Assembly (NCBI GenBank): GCA_030390025.1
Contig: CM059432.1
Span: forward strand, 65,350,001-65,414,000
DNA from: Squalus acanthias
Lineage: Eukaryota
Direction of reading: 5' to 3'
DNA length: 64,000 nucleotides
The notes under the pieces are model-generated. The model was not told the DNA's origin. It was given only the letters and a program-made list of their open reading frames with translations, and did no database searches. Position 1 is the stretch's first letter. The number at the start of each line of letters is the position of its first letter. Positions 24,500-38,699 of this stretch are shown in pieces. The translations under genes and the position numbers were made by a program.

Positions 24500-24885
24500 C
24501 TTGCCTCAAAAGTTGTGGGTTCAAGTCCCACTCCAGGACTTGAGCACATAATCTAGGTTGACATTTTAGTGTGGAGTATTCAGGGCGTGCTGCACTGTCA
24601 GAGTTGCTATACTTTGAATGAGATGTTAACCAAGTTCCTATTTACCTGTTCTGATGGATATTAAAAATCCTCTGGCCTATTCAAAGAAAAGCAGAATTTC
24701 CCCTCGTGTCCGTGCCAACACAAACATCAACGGAACGGATTGTTTTATGTGGGGCATCACTATGCAGAAAATGGCTGCTCCATTTACCTACATAACAGCA
24801 GTGACGGACGGCACTTCAAATCAATTCATTATTTGTAGAGCACTTCAGAATATTTCGGAGACATGTGATTAAGGTACTAAATAAG
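24500..24885 (+). mobile_element. Diverged SINE family A copy
   Basis: gttgtgggttcaagtcccactccaggacttgagcaca... collinear with family A. Confidence 0.75.
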
Positions 24886-27212
24886 CTGGTTAGTGGTCCT
24901 GTTAAGCTGATTAGTGGTCAGCTGTGTTTTATGTATACCTGAGACTCTGACTGGTTATTTTGATATCCCTTGAGGGTGTGAGAGTTATAGCTTGGGGTTT
25001 CAGAGATGTTTGTTAAAGGTACAATATAGCAATGGTAAAGTATCTAAAATCCTTCACCATAATTATGTATAGAAGAGATTGAGGTTGCAATGATGCATTT
25101 GATGCATTTACAAAATTGACTGTATTTAGTCCTATAGATTATTTTTGCTTTTATTACTTTACTAAAACTAAGTTTACAAATACAAAAAACAAATTGTTGA
25201 AGTGTTGCTGTATGATTAGCTTTTTGATTATTCAACTAACAAGCTGACCATGTGATGTTTTCAGAGCCAATGGTCCTTATTTTTTCAATAATACAGCCTG
25301 TTCAAAAACTCCTTGCCAGAGAAACATGAACCCATTACTTTGATCACTGGCTCTAGAATTTTGTTCCTTAAATATCAGGAGAAGACCAGGTCACATAGAT
25401 TGAAAAATAGTTGTGATGTATCTTTCATCTCACCTTTAGCACCTTCCATTTTACCACTGTAATGTTTGGATGCTTTTCATTGTGGACATATCTACAGTGC
25501 AAATTAGGCAATAAATGCACAGACTGCTTAATTTTGCATTCAAGTTTTCCATGTAATCTTTGTACTTTAGGGAACATAATTTTATTGTGTTTTCTCAATA
25601 TATTTATACTTAAACACAGACAAAACCATACCCCTGTCCCCTGTGTAAACGAGGAGCAACTAGGTTTCAACAAATAACCAGGTAGACTATATCACCATCT
25701 GAGATGTAACTGTCCTGAAACACATTCCATTATTCTACAGAGCATATGTAGAAATTGAATGTCAGACCATTTTATAGAAAATCATTTGTGGAGAATCAAA
25801 CAGATTGCTGGTTCATGCAACTGTGTCAAGCAAGTCAAGCAGCAGTGAAATTACATCGTATTTCCTATATAAGTTCATTATGGGAGTTCATTCTCAAGCA
25901 AGAAAGTCTCACGGATCGCTTTAATGCATGATGAAGAATCTCTGTAATGTACCATCAGTAGTGTGTTTTATTTGTTGCATAGTCCTCTGAAGTGCATCTT
26001 AGGTTGTGACAAGCAATCCACATACTCGTACAAGTTATAACTAGCTCTGGTTAGATATCCTTGTTTATCTTTACTGCATTTAGTTATGTTTACAAGCAAT
26101 GAAGGCACTTTTTAATGCTCTGCAAAATATTTGTGTTAAAATTTCAGAAAAAGTGTTACTGAAAGCAAAAATAAACTTGTGAGAGATTGATAAATTGTAC
26201 TTAAAGGCAGAAGGTCATGTCCTTCAATCTTCATCTGCAACTACAGTCCATTTACTCCCCCATGGCCATTGATACTGAAAACCCCAGTGAGGAGTTTTGC
26301 ATGATTAATTAAACTGTTCCTAGTGTCTGATTTCTAACTTTGAAAACATGTATTACTGTTAAATATTATTCCAGTTGTATGTAAATATCATTTTAAACAC
26401 AAACTGTGCTTTTTTGAAGTTATGAATAATTCTAATCACAATTATTTTTGTCTGATAAGGTTAATTGTGTTCAGGTAGATCTCAGATTATTTCCTTTCAT
26501 TACTGTTTCTGCAGCACTTTCCAAGACACAAGCATGTATTCTGTAACCTTAACTGGAAAGTTTTAAACATTAAAAATAGAAATAAAATAAAACAGATTTT
26601 TTTTTAAATCTCTAAAAACTGAACTTTTTAAATGAAATTTGATGCCAACTTTGGCACTTTTACATCAATAGGGTAACATTCACAGTAGGCACCTGGTTCT
26701 CTTGCCACTGACAGCACTCCCTGCAATCTTGATGGCATTAGAGACATGCACTTTCATGGGCCCACGACATTTCCATCTTAGAAAGGAAGGAGTCATCTCC
26801 GGTGCATGAATTCATATACATAACAATACATGTACGGATCCAAGTTTACACATACACAGTTGCGAAAGTCATGGACATCTACAAAGAATCGGCCTCCTTT
26901 TTTAAATTAGACCAGTGGGTCTACAGTTTGAGGGGCAGCATGCCTGTTAGCTAAACAGGGGAGAGTGATGCAGATAGCTCATGGGTTTCCATATGAGTAC
27001 TGGTCTCCTGGGGTTTGTAATATAAAAGCGCCTATTGATTGACAATGTTGAAACTGGTTATAGGCCTGGTTGAAATCTAGTTGTTTAAGGAATATGTGGC
27101 TGGAACTATGTTAGTTATCAACCCAGTGCAAAAATGCAATTAGTGTGGTCAGTTAGTTCAATGACAAAAGCACACAGATAGCAGATTAAACAGCAGACCA
27201 TGCAGCACTTAC

Positions 27213-27284
27213 AATCTCTCTAGTTTGGGAAGATCGCTAAAAGTTTCTGGCTCTAGTATCTCTATGTGGTTGAAGTGAATGTAT
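27213..27284 (-). CDS. PXDNL: Peroxidasin-like LRR exon (72 nt): YIHFNHIEILEPETFSDLPKLER(L)
   Basis: caacAG / GTAAGT sites; YIHFN and PETF are PXDNL-like. Confidence 0.9.
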
Positions 27285-29482
27285 CTGTTGAAAGAATTCA
27301 CGTTAAGAGTTAGTATTCGTAACCAACCCAAGCTACTGTAAATTGGAGATTTCTCTTATTATTGGTTTTCCTGTGTTAACATTAGATGCCTGATGCAAGT
27401 ACCCATGTGTTATGCAGTAACTCTATCATATTGGGCTTTCTGTTTTATCTGCACATCTTTTAAAGTGTTTTACACAGAGCACAAACTCAACAATCCAAAC
27501 AGCTGGGGCTCTTTCCAATTTCTCTGGAGCGATGACAGAATTCCACAAACGACTATTAATAGCTAAAAGTTAGACCTTCTGCTCTGTATTAACATTGACA
27601 AGGTGACTTCACACACGTGAAATGGAATTTGTAATTTCCCGATACCTAAAGCAATTGGAATCTTTCTGCACATTCAATGTCACTGGCCCCTCTTTACTTG
27701 CCACCATTACTGTCACTCACTATGGATGCATCCCAGTTGCTCACAGTCCCGCCAAACCTCTTACAAATTATTTAAAAAAATCTGAAAACCTTGAAGTAGA
27801 TAAAGGATTCCATTCCAGGAATTGCCAAATACTGTTTTTTATCCAACATTTAAAGATTAGATAACCATTCGCTCAGTGTTGCTTATGAGTTCTGATTTTC
27901 TGTTCAAATTTCAGATACATGTAATACCCAAAACTACATTCCTGGTGTGGGATCCTGTCAGAAGGAAATGAATTGGTAGAATTCTGTCATCATAGAAAAA
28001 TGAAGCAGCTCTTCCAATTAATGATTTCAGTTGTTACATCTGGGATTCTTTTCAGTTTCAGAGTCAGGATCAAACATGTGCCCAAATCATTGGGCACACC
28101 ATTCAGTGACTGACCTCTAATGAGCTTCCATGGTTAGTTAACCTGCGAACTAACTTTCAGAATACAAAATATTATTAACTAGAAGAAAACCTCCCAATTT
28201 ACAGTAGTAGTAAACAGAAGAGGTAATAAAGCACATAGCAAAAGAAAATCTAATGAAGCTTTTGTTAATTTAATTTTGTCGCAATAATTAATTCTAGAAT
28301 AACATGCTTGATCACCTTAAGTTGTTTAAGGAAGCATGTTCTGTGCTTTCCCTCTTCTGTCCAGTCAGTATTAAATAATGTGTGACTGCCATAAAATTCA
28401 ATCATAGCCAGGCTACATATTACATGCCAATTCATCGACACCCTGCCAATAGGAATTTGTTTAAGATGGCCAATTTTGCCTCAGACACTCTAATTTATTT
28501 GTTTATAGGAATAATTGGAACAGAGAATAGTCTGCTTGCCACTAAGGTGTTCCCATTAAGAGGCTTTATTGTACTCATATACTCACCTGGTAATAATCAT
28601 AAATATAACTTCAACATGTAAAATTACAGAATTTATAGATATGACATGTAAGAAAAACTATGAAACTGACAATCTTTCACAAGTAGTTAAAACTTTATAC
28701 CAATTGCTCAAGGTGGAACTGAGCCTAACAAACCCGGAAGTACCAAATTCAATCTCTAATCTGTGCTGACTTAATTGATCTCAGCAGGGGCATTGTAATG
28801 AGCCCTGGTGCCTTTGAGGGAACAATCAGTTCAGGTTCCACTTTTGGTTGATATCCGCTTCTGGAAAGTGGATGTCGCATGAGGACCAGTTCGTGTTCAG
28901 TTATGATGCCTGCGCATATTCGAAAGGAATGCTCACACATCACTATAGACACGTGAGTGAGCTAAGTATAGAGAAAGCCAGTAGCTGCGGGACTGTCCTC
29001 GAGCATCTTCAGGATAGGAAAGGAGCAAAAGTGGACTAATAACATAATCATCAATAATTAGCATGCATTTGATTTTTAAAAAGCTGTTATTATGACTGTA
29101 ATAGTTAGTTAATAACAGTTAGTCAATAACATCTTATTAACTATAAACAATTTACAAATGTTTTGGAACATTGTATCAATTAAATATATTTCAGTTAAAA
29201 AAGTACACAAAATTCCACCAAAATATTCTCTCCCTGCCACAAGATGTTATTTTTCAGGAAAAGTCTTGGTCTACAATTATAATTTTGTTCTTAAAAAAAA
29301 GCAGAAGGAAAACATTTACATTTTTCCCACAATGTAATGTGAAGCCACACAACAAAGCTGATACACCAAAGCAAACTTGGCAGCATTAAAGACTTCAGTG
29401 GAAAAAGTCAAATTGCAAATGTTTGCCAGAACCAAAACTTGGAAAACCTTTTGTGTGATTTTTTTTTTAAATGGTCTGAAGT

Positions 29483-29530
29483 GTGTTTGAAACTATCAGT
29501 GTTTGAGACTATCAGTGTTGGAAACCATCA
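29483..29530. repeat. 3 x 16-bp tandem repeat GTGTTTGAAACTATCA
   Basis: Three adjacent units with 1-2 mismatches. Confidence 0.85.
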
Positions 29531-30445
29531 GTCAGTCTTCTTCTACTGACAGCTTTAACTGCAGTCAAATAATCCTGTCGGTGCCAAAATGGTGTTATGT
29601 GAATGTCCTTCTCAAGTGTCATTCATCTCATCCTTGGAGATCATCTCAGTTTCTGTCCATCTCACTCACCTATTGCTAACGTATCGAATTATCAAGTACT
29701 AGTCGTTGGCTATTGGACAGATTAGCTCCTTACTGCAGATGCAAGTGAGCCTGGAGATTGGAGTTGGGTTTTTTGATCGTAATGCCATCGGTACCTCATT
29801 AAAACAACTGGGCTGTTACTGGCAGTACAATCAGAAAACCTAGGCCTTGTAGTCTGCAGCACATCTTAAAAGCCTGAAATCATTTCATCTCTACCTGCAT
29901 TGGTGTAAATGTTTCGGGACAGTGGAGGAAGGCAAGCTCCTTAAGATCTCTGCATACATAAATAAAAATTCAAAAACACAGGAAACAAAATGATGTGCTT
30001 CTTATAAAATATTACCAAACATTTAACCCATGAATTAAAGAAGGTTGTGGCTCTGTTATAAAAACTTAACACAACCAAAGGGTTCTGATAGCATCAGAAT
30101 AATAGTTGCAAAAACTCAAGACTGTATTTCATCCAATAACACACTTAGCTTTTTCTTTCATGTTTTATATAACGTAAAACGTTCCCATCAGAGAGTTCAG
30201 TCCTTGCACAACCTCTATTATTATTGCAAAATCTTGCACTCCTGGACACAAGTTAAAAACATGTTGTCTGATGGGCAATTTCTTTCTCACCCCTAGCCAC
30301 CAACCTATCCCTTATGCTCTCTTTTGCAACTTTGTCATTTCTTCCAAAGTCAGTTCTCCTCTGAACTTTCTCTGTTGTCACTTCTAAGCTCTCAATACAC
30401 TGCCCAATGGGATCTTCATTCTCCCTATATTGTGAAATCAGGGCT

Positions 30446-30712
30446 TTAAAAAAAATTCATTCCTGAGATGTGGGCGTCGCTGGCAAGGCCAGTATTTATT
30501 ACCCATCCATAATTGCCCTTGAGAAGGTGGTGGTGAGCCGCCTTCTTGAACCACTGCAGTCCGTGTGGTGAAGGTACTCCCACAGTGCTGTTAGGGAGGG
30601 AGTTCCAGGATTTTGACCCAGCGACGATGAAGGAACAGTGATATATTTCCAAGTCAGGATGATGCGTGACTTGGAGGGGCTCTTGCAAGTGATGGTGTTC
30701 CCAAGTGCCTGC
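30446..30712 (-). mobile_element. LINE 3' end, same family as 11551-12032
   Basis: Direct sequence similarity; SFIVAGSKSWNSLPNS. Confidence 0.85.
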
Positions 30713-32049
30713 TAAAGTGTCTTCGTCTAACTCATTCTTTCCCAGGACTTCCAAACTGTGGAACTATTCACATCCTTCGTCTTTCTGTCTTTCTACGATT
30801 TTAGTTCTTTAAATCCCAAGTTTGGCATTACATAATCATTACTTCTTGATTGATGCTGCCTTCTATTTTATACTGTTCAAACTTGGTGCACTATGGCCCT
30901 TGGCCTTTCACTTTGGTTTCTCAATTAAAGAGAAAATGTCAGTGGTTCTTCTGTTATCATTGCCAACCAGCACCATTGTGGCAAATGAAGCGTATTGTGT
31001 AGTTTTGCACCATGTGACAGCAAAAGGGACTGAATTGGTAAAATGTGTGGTCCTGTCACCTGACCAGAAGGAACAATCTTGCTGAAAAGTAATCCATCAT
31101 GGTTGAGCAGGATATTCTCCAGCAGCAAATGATATACAGGTTTCAATACTCCCACTGTGCTAGGTTCCATCGGTATCACTGAAATTACTTTTCCATAAAT
31201 AATTAACTTGGTTAATTTTTAAAAGTTGGCATCCAACAAAAATGATTCATTAACAATAATAATCCAGGAAGCCTGTGAACACAGAACTATAGCCAGAATG
31301 CATAAATGTGTAAGAACATTGTGTAAGCATGCACCATTAATTTGCAATAAACATGGCTCATGAAAAATGTAAGATGTTATCATATTCGAGGGGACCATCA
31401 GCTCTTCATCCTGAACCATGTTATTCTGAAAACACCAGGCATTACTGAGCACTGAATTCTTTTTAATACATGTCTGACCAAAAACATGGATTAAGCTACT
31501 GTTAACATGACTTATGGAATTTATTTCAACTAACACAATAGGGAGAACTTAACATTCTTCAAACTGGTAATAATCTTTAGAAATATAGTTTACTCTTTAT
31601 GAGAGACAGATAAAAATAATGGAAACGTAAAAAAAAAAGTATCTGTGAGCTGAGTACTCAATGGTGAGCTGCAGAACACAACATTTATTCCACTCAGAGA
31701 ATTACATTTATAATTCTTTGTTGCATCTTCTCTGTAGGTATTTATTTTTACCCATCCATGTCTTGTAATCATAGCACATTGAAACTTTTGATTTGAAGCA
31801 TCTATTGAATTATAATCAGTCTAGAGCTTGTTTAAAATAACATCTATAAGATAGATTTTGTGGCATGGCGTGCTTGCAGCCAACGTGGTTTTCCAATATT
31901 TGCTGGCTACATGTGAGGCCAGCAATATCACTTTGCGTCAATCCAATGACAGCTGATCTGATGACACAGATGGTGAGAAGTAGCTGGCATGGGTGCCAGG
32001 AAAAGTGGTTGAGGCCATGACTCTTGAATCATTTAACAAACAGTTGCAG

Positions 32050-32622
32050 CCGGATTTGAAATACCAGCAGGTTTCCAGCGGTAATCCATGCCGGCGAGGA
32101 CATTTCCCACCCACCCACAGCAGAATGAGTCCCAGCCAATTTTAACGGGCCTCATTTAATTCCCATTCCGGGTGGGCAGTGGTGGATAATCACGCAGCCA
32201 CCCGCCGACAAAGGGTAAGTGGCAAGATCGGCTGCCAGGCCATCCCACGCGGGTCCCGTGATCGGGAGGGGGTGTCGAGATCATGACTGGGGAGGCCCAA
32301 ACTTTCCTTGAAGGGCCGGCAGGAGCACTCCTACTTCCCTGGACCCCAGAAGGAAATAAAATAAATACTTTCAATCTTATCTTTTTGGGCCTCTGCTGGC
32401 CCTGATCCTCTTCGCCGCTGGTGTGGCCTGGTTGGTGTGAAAGCCACTGCCAGGACTCGACATGTAAATGTTAAAAAGCTTGTTAAAAAGTCCTTGCTGT
32501 CTGCTCGGGAAAGCAGGTAAAAATTGGAACCTGTCGGCTCCACGGTGTGTAAATAACTTGGGTCATTTTAAGTGCTCACTCGCCAGGTTTCTGCCTGGCG
32601 GGTAGGGTTAAATTGCCCGCTT
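32050..32622. mobile_element. Degenerate GC-rich Harbinger-type MITE
   Basis: GC-rich block ending TAAATTGCCC; motifs shared with other MITEs; TSD not resolved. Confidence 0.45.
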
Positions 32623-33863
32623 GGATACTGTAATGGTAGATGGTAGGGTTGATCTTCCAGAAGAATGAGTTGAAATCAGCCACAGGGCTTTCTTGATCCA
32701 AACTTATCTTGTTGAGTGTCAGGTTTAGTTTGCTTGGGGAGGGTTTCAGTTTTGAGAATCTCAGAATGGCATCCTTAAATGTACAGCACATTTCATGTGA
32801 GATGTAAAGGAAGAATTGCCTGGAGGAACACCAGACTCATCGTCCACTCCTGATGTCTCCCAACACACCTCTGTACATTAAAGATCCAACCTGCCTAGTG
32901 TAGAAGCAGATAGAAGGATAAAAGTAACTCTGTACTGTTAGGGAATATTCCAAGCAATGAGCATTTTTTGGGACTTGGAAATGTGGGCCTTAGTTTAGAC
33001 CAGCAAGGAATCCTCCTTTTAATTCTCCATCATTCCCAACAGGTGACACTCTATTTGGACTGAAACACAACACCAAAATTGCAGTAGTCAGACTGAAATC
33101 CTAAACACCTTACAGCAGAAACACCCTTAATAATTATGGATGCCGGTGAAGTGCTGGAAGGATAGGGTTAACAGGCAGTACTACCACTGGCAAGCTTAAG
33201 GATTTTATCTGGCATTCATTGGCAATGAGGAGATCATCAGTTAGGCAGATACTTGGCTCAACTCGATTAACTAGATGAAAAGGGAGTGTGCTAAGCTCTG
33301 TTATAATCACACTCACTGCCTGAAGTTGCCAAAAGTACATTTAACTGTTGCAAATCTTTTATTCATTACAATCTGCATCAAGATGTTCGGAGGAGAAAAC
33401 AAAATCTGATCCAAAGCTAATTCTGCCATTGCTGCCTTCAATTGAATGTTCTGAGTCTAAAGTCAAATCTTATTAATTTCCATGTTCATATGGATTTGTG
33501 CCACAAGGATTTTATTACTGGAAAAAGGAAACTGCATGTTAAGTGGTGTTTTGGAGGTCATGCAGGTGTACCTAAACATTGACAGCTGTTCAATGAGCTT
33601 ACATTTTGACAACACATAAACCCTTGAGCACAGATACTGATGGTAATGGAAGTAAACTACTTGCTTTTGATTCATGTTGCATAATTCTTCAAATGTTCTG
33701 CACAATATAATTAAACGTACCATTATTTATATAACTACCGTCAAGTTTTGACAAATTGAATACAGTTGTGTTGGTGATCTGTTATTATGTTATTTTCTAA
33801 ACTTTTACCAGAAACATGTTTTAATAAACCATTGTGTCACTGAATGTAAATATAGAATTATAA

Positions 33864-34495
33864 GGCTAGATTTTCCGATATGGCAGGCTGGCCCTTAAAA
33901 TATTTTAAGGAGGCTACGTGCCTCCATTTTAACATTGCTTTTATTTTTAACACCTGAAGGCCAGGATTCCCGGGTCTCAGGAAACCTGGCAGCTGAAGGG
34001 AGATGTGAAGGGTCAGATGGAACAGGCAAGTGCCTTTACAGCACTGCTTGTGGGCCAGGAGCAGCAGGAGTGTTTCCCCCCCAGCCCAACAAGCATACCT
34101 GTAAACCGCAAACAACACCCCTGTGATCTCACCGACCACCCCCGAGATCTGAACCCCCCACCAATGACCGATCCCATCACTTATCCCCTCGCCGATGACA
34201 GATCCCTGGCTGCAGCCTGGAACCGCAGGCCTACACACCCAACCACCAAACTTTAACCTTCAGGATAATGGCCAGAATTTTCCCCTAAAAAAAAGGTGGG
34301 TTTGGAGTGTGGAGGCAGTTAAAGTGTTGAAAATGGGATTCTCGACCTGATCCTGGCTCTAACCCGCCCACTTCTGGATTTACTGGAGGCAGAGGTGGGA
34401 CCGGGGCGCGGCGGGTGACCAACAAGTTCCCAGGGGGCGTTACCTCAATTTAAATATTGTAATGAGGCTGGAAGCCTCTTTTATCCCTCCATTTT
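33864..34495. mobile_element. Harbinger-type MITE fragments
   Basis: TIR-like starts GGCTAGATTTT (33864) and GGCCAGAATTTT (about 34270); similar to 55643-56334. Confidence 0.5.
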
Positions 34496-34502
34496 GTGTT
34501 TA

Positions 34503-36390
34503 TAAGAACATAAGAAACAGGAGCAGGAGTAGGCCATTCGGCCCCTCGAGCCTGCGCCACCATTCAATAAGATCATGGCTGATCTGATCTTGGCCTCAAC
34601 TCCACTTTCCTTCCCGCTCCCCATAACCCTTGATTCCCCTGTCTTTCAATCTGTCTATCTCCGCCTTGAATATATTCAATGACTCAGCCTCCACAGCTCT
34701 CTGAGGTAGAGAATTCCAAAGATTCATGATCCTCTGAGAGAAGAAATTCCTCCTCATCTCCGTTTTAAATGGGCGACCCCTTATTCTGAAACTGTGCCCC
34801 CTAGTTCTAGATTCCCCCACGAGGGGAAACACCCTCCCTGCATCTACCCTGTCAAGCCCCCTCAGAATCTTATATGTTTCAATATGATCACCTCTCATTC
34901 TTCTAAACTCCAATGAGTATAGGCCCAACCTGCTCAACCTTTCCTCATAAGACAACCCCTTCATCTCAGAAATTAACCAAGTGAACCTTCTCTGAACTGC
35001 CTCCAATGCAAGTATATCCTTCCTTAAATAAGGAGACCAAAACTGAATGTAGTACTCCAGGTGTGATCTCACCAACACCCTGTAGTTGTAGCAAGACTTC
35101 CCTACTTTTATACTCCACCCCCCTTACAATAAAGGCTAATATTCCATTTGTCTTTCTAATACTTGTTGTACCTGCATGCTAACTTTTTGTGTTTCATGTA
35201 CGAGGACACCCATATCCCTCTGTACCGCAGCATTCTGTAGTCTGTCTCCATTTAAATAATATTTTGCTTTTTTATTCTTCCTACCAAAGTGGATAACCTC
35301 ACATTTTCCCACATTATACTCCATCTGCAATTTTTTGCCCACTCACTTAACCTATCTATATCCCTTTGCAGACTCTTTGTGTACTCCTCATAACTTGCTT
35401 TCCCACCTATCTTTGTATCGTCAGCAAATTTGGCAACAGTACACTCGGTCCCTTCATCCAAGTCTTTAATATAGATTGTAAATAGTTGAGGCTCCAGCAC
35501 TGATCCCTGTGGCAACCCACTAGTTACATTTTGCCAACCTGAAAATGACCCATTTATTCCGACTCTCTGTTTTCTGTTAGTTAGCCAATCCTCTATCCAA
35601 TCTAATACATTACCCCAACACCGTGAGCTCTTATCTTGTGCAGTAACCTTATATGCAGCACCTTATTGAATGCCTTCTGGATATCCAAATACACATCATC
35701 TACTGGTTCCCCTTTATCCACCCCACTCGTTACATCCTCAAAGAACTCTAGTAAATTTGTCAAACACGATTTCCCTTTCATAAAACCATGTTGACTCTGC
35801 TTGATTGTATTATAATTTTCTAAATGTCCTGCTATTACTTCCTTAATAATGGATTCCAGTATTTTCCCAATGACAGATGTTAGGGTAACTGGCCTATAGT
35901 TTCCTGCTTTCTGTCTCCCTCCTTTCTTGAATAGGGTAGTTACATTTACGGTTTTCCAATCTGCTGGGACCTCTCCAGAATCCAGGGAATTTTGGTAGAT
36001 TACAACCAATGCATATACTATATCTGCAGCCACTTCTTTTAAAACCCTAAGGGTGCAGGCCATCAGGTCCAGGGGACTTGTCAGCCTTTAGTCCCATTAG
36101 TTTGCCTAGTACTTTTTTTTCTTGTGATAGAGATTGTTTTAAGTTCCTCCCTCCCTATAGCCCCTTGATTATCAATTATTATTGGGATGCTTTTAGTGCC
36201 TTCTACCGTGAAGACCGATACAAAATATTTGTTCAAAGTCTCTGCCATTTCCCTGTTTCCCATTATTAATTCCCCAGTCTCATCCTCTGAGGGACCAACA
36301 TTTACTTTAGCTACTCTCTTCCTTTTTATATACCTTTAGAAGCTCTTACTGTCTGTTTTTATATTTTTTGCTAGTTTATTCTCATAATCT
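34503..36390 (-). mobile_element. CR1 LINE, 5'-truncated, frameshifted ORF2
   Basis: ORFs 35602..36063 (NYRPVTLTS, SQHGF, SCLTNL), 35252..35515 (PQGSVL, FADDTK), 34596..35078; short-repeat 3' tail. Confidence 0.95.
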
Positions 36391-37523
36391 AGAAGTGGGA
36401 CTCATTCTCTATCTTGCTCAAGTCCTAGAATTGGCTTAACTAATGCTTTGAAAATGACACAATTCAGAAGGCAGTTACATCGTCATGCAATTTCCACTTT
36501 GTGACAAAAGATGAACAGCAGAACTGTAGCCCAACCAGTGGCAGTTCAACACTTCGGTTAGGTGTAAGCCTACTAGGGAGAGGTCGTCCCATACTTTGGC
36601 TTTGCAATGGTTGCATTCAAGCTTCCTACAATAAATAGCTGACTATCCTACATTATCACCATCACTGGTAGTCAGAGGCTGGCGACAACAGTCTACATAA
36701 GAACATAAGAAATAGGAGCTGGAGTAGGCCACAATTCGTGAAACCTGGCAGTTAAACCGAGGCTGGGACTGCTGCATCCAGGAGATAAGTGGCTTTATAC
36801 CTACCTCCTGGATCCAGGGTGCTGACCATACCCACCCCCGCGATCGAGACCCCCCCACGAGGCCTCCGATCACCTTCCCAGGCCTTCCCGCACACCTGGC
36901 CTCCCCCACAACAATGATGATGAGGCTGGTCATGATCCTGTGGGAAACCCAGCCTCCCAGGTTTCCCGCCTGCCTTGGAGGCCCCCCACCCCCAAGCTGC
37001 CTAACTGGGGAAAATTCTGGCTAATATGTTTGTGGTGAAATGTATCAATATGAAAAGGAAAAGGGTGAAACCATCATGTATAATAAAGAGATCTGTCAAT
37101 TTGCTCTACAGTGTTTAATTAGTGTTTTATGGAAGATAATGTGTACACTCAATTACCTTGAATCACCATTACCAATTATGCTGGAGATTCGTATAAAGAC
37201 TGGACTGCCCATACTGAAATATAGGAACTACGAACCAGTAACAGAAGGCTTGAGGCCTTAACTCTCCCTATGGCAAGTTGTCCTTTGCAGCTTCAATGTT
37301 GAGGGTAGCATTGAGTGGAAGTAGAGGCTTCAGAGTGAGGGAAATGGTGAGTCACTGAATGGAATTTGGAGAGTCTTCAGAGTGAGAAAAAGAAATAGGA
37401 TTGCACGCAACTGATTATGGAGCAGAATCTCACCTGTGACTGGAACAATTGCCTTCACAATCTATGTGTGGTATGTACTTAAAATGGAGAGGAGAAGTTA
37501 ATTAAAAGTGGAGTAAAAACAAA

Positions 37524-38090
37524 GGCCCTGAAATTCCTGGGGCTGAAGATGGTGGAAAGCCTGATTTCTGCCCATGGTTGCCAGGAATTTGGGGTGGAAC
37601 CTGGCTTCGCCATAATTCTGCCCAATTTACTGCGGCCCTTTAGATTCCTGTGGGGTAGGGGCATGGTGGATCTACATCAAGGAGGCATAACTAGCGGAGT
37701 TCCCAGGCTTTCTTGGGAAATTCCATCCAGGACGCCTCCTGATATGTCTGTTGATAGCAGGCAATTGTACCATTACAGGCCTAGTAAAGACCCCAAACCT
37801 TTCCTAGAGTAAGGTAATCAATCTCAGAGCAGATTAATTGAGCTAGCCCTGAAAGCACAATAACTCTGCTAGGAGTGAAGATTCTTTCTTCAGATATTTT
37901 CTGCGGCCTAGAAGGACCTGAGGCCACCTCAAGCAGGATAAATGTGGGCATATTGAGGCAAATATTGCTGAAGTGCCCTTACATGTGCCCTTTCACTTAT
38001 CTGATTATGTAAATATCTTCATCTGGACGAGAGTGGTCGGGCCGTCACACACTTACACTGATGGAACGGACTCCCAAGAATTTCAGGGCC
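37524..38090. mobile_element. Harbinger-type MITE
   Basis: Perfect 13-bp TIR GGCCCTGAAATTC; TSD AAA. Confidence 0.85.
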
Positions 38091-38181
38091 AAATACTTTA
38101 AAAGGTACAGAAATGTATTGTTAATATAACAAAGACTCCTAAAATATTTAAATTCATTTAGAAAATATGACTTTTACTTAC

Positions 38182-38253
38182 AGCTGCTCCAGTGACACGA
38201 GCCCTTTAAATGCTTGCCTGTCAATTGCACGGATGTTATTCTTGTACAGGTAG
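38182..38253 (-). CDS. PXDNL: Peroxidasin-like LRR exon (72 nt): YLYKNNIRAIDRQAFKGLVSLEQ(L)
   Basis: ttttcAG / GTAAGT sites, LRR consensus, matches recalled PXDN/PXDNL sequence. Confidence 0.9.
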
Positions 38254-38699
38254 CTGAAAATTAATCAGAAATGGAACCATAGAAACATTGGTACAGAAGA
38301 ACCCGTTTGGTCAATTTCAGTGCCAGTTCACCTGCCATTATCTACTGTAATTCCATTTCTCTGCCCTTTCCCCATTTCCTTTAATATTTTTCTCCACAAG
38401 TCTCTATCTAATTCCCTCTAATTCTCAGCATCCTTATTCTGACCCTCAGAAGCCCTCTTCCACCCATAGCTCCATATTTATTCCACATTGCAAAGTGAAG
38501 CTGTGCAATATATCGCAAATCACAATGATTTGTGACAGGTTCGCTGGTCTGTATTTTAGGAAGTTCCCAGGCCTAGTCAAGCAATTGTATCTCTGCTTTA
38601 CCATTCTTAAGGTGTGTTTTATGATAGTTTTTGTTGCTGCATGGACCTCATTATTCCTGTCTTCAGCAGGTGTATGTGAACGCCACACAGGTATTGTAA

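Noticed and set aside
29483..29530. CRISPR-like array
   Set aside because: Adjacent tandem units without spacers in a vertebrate intron
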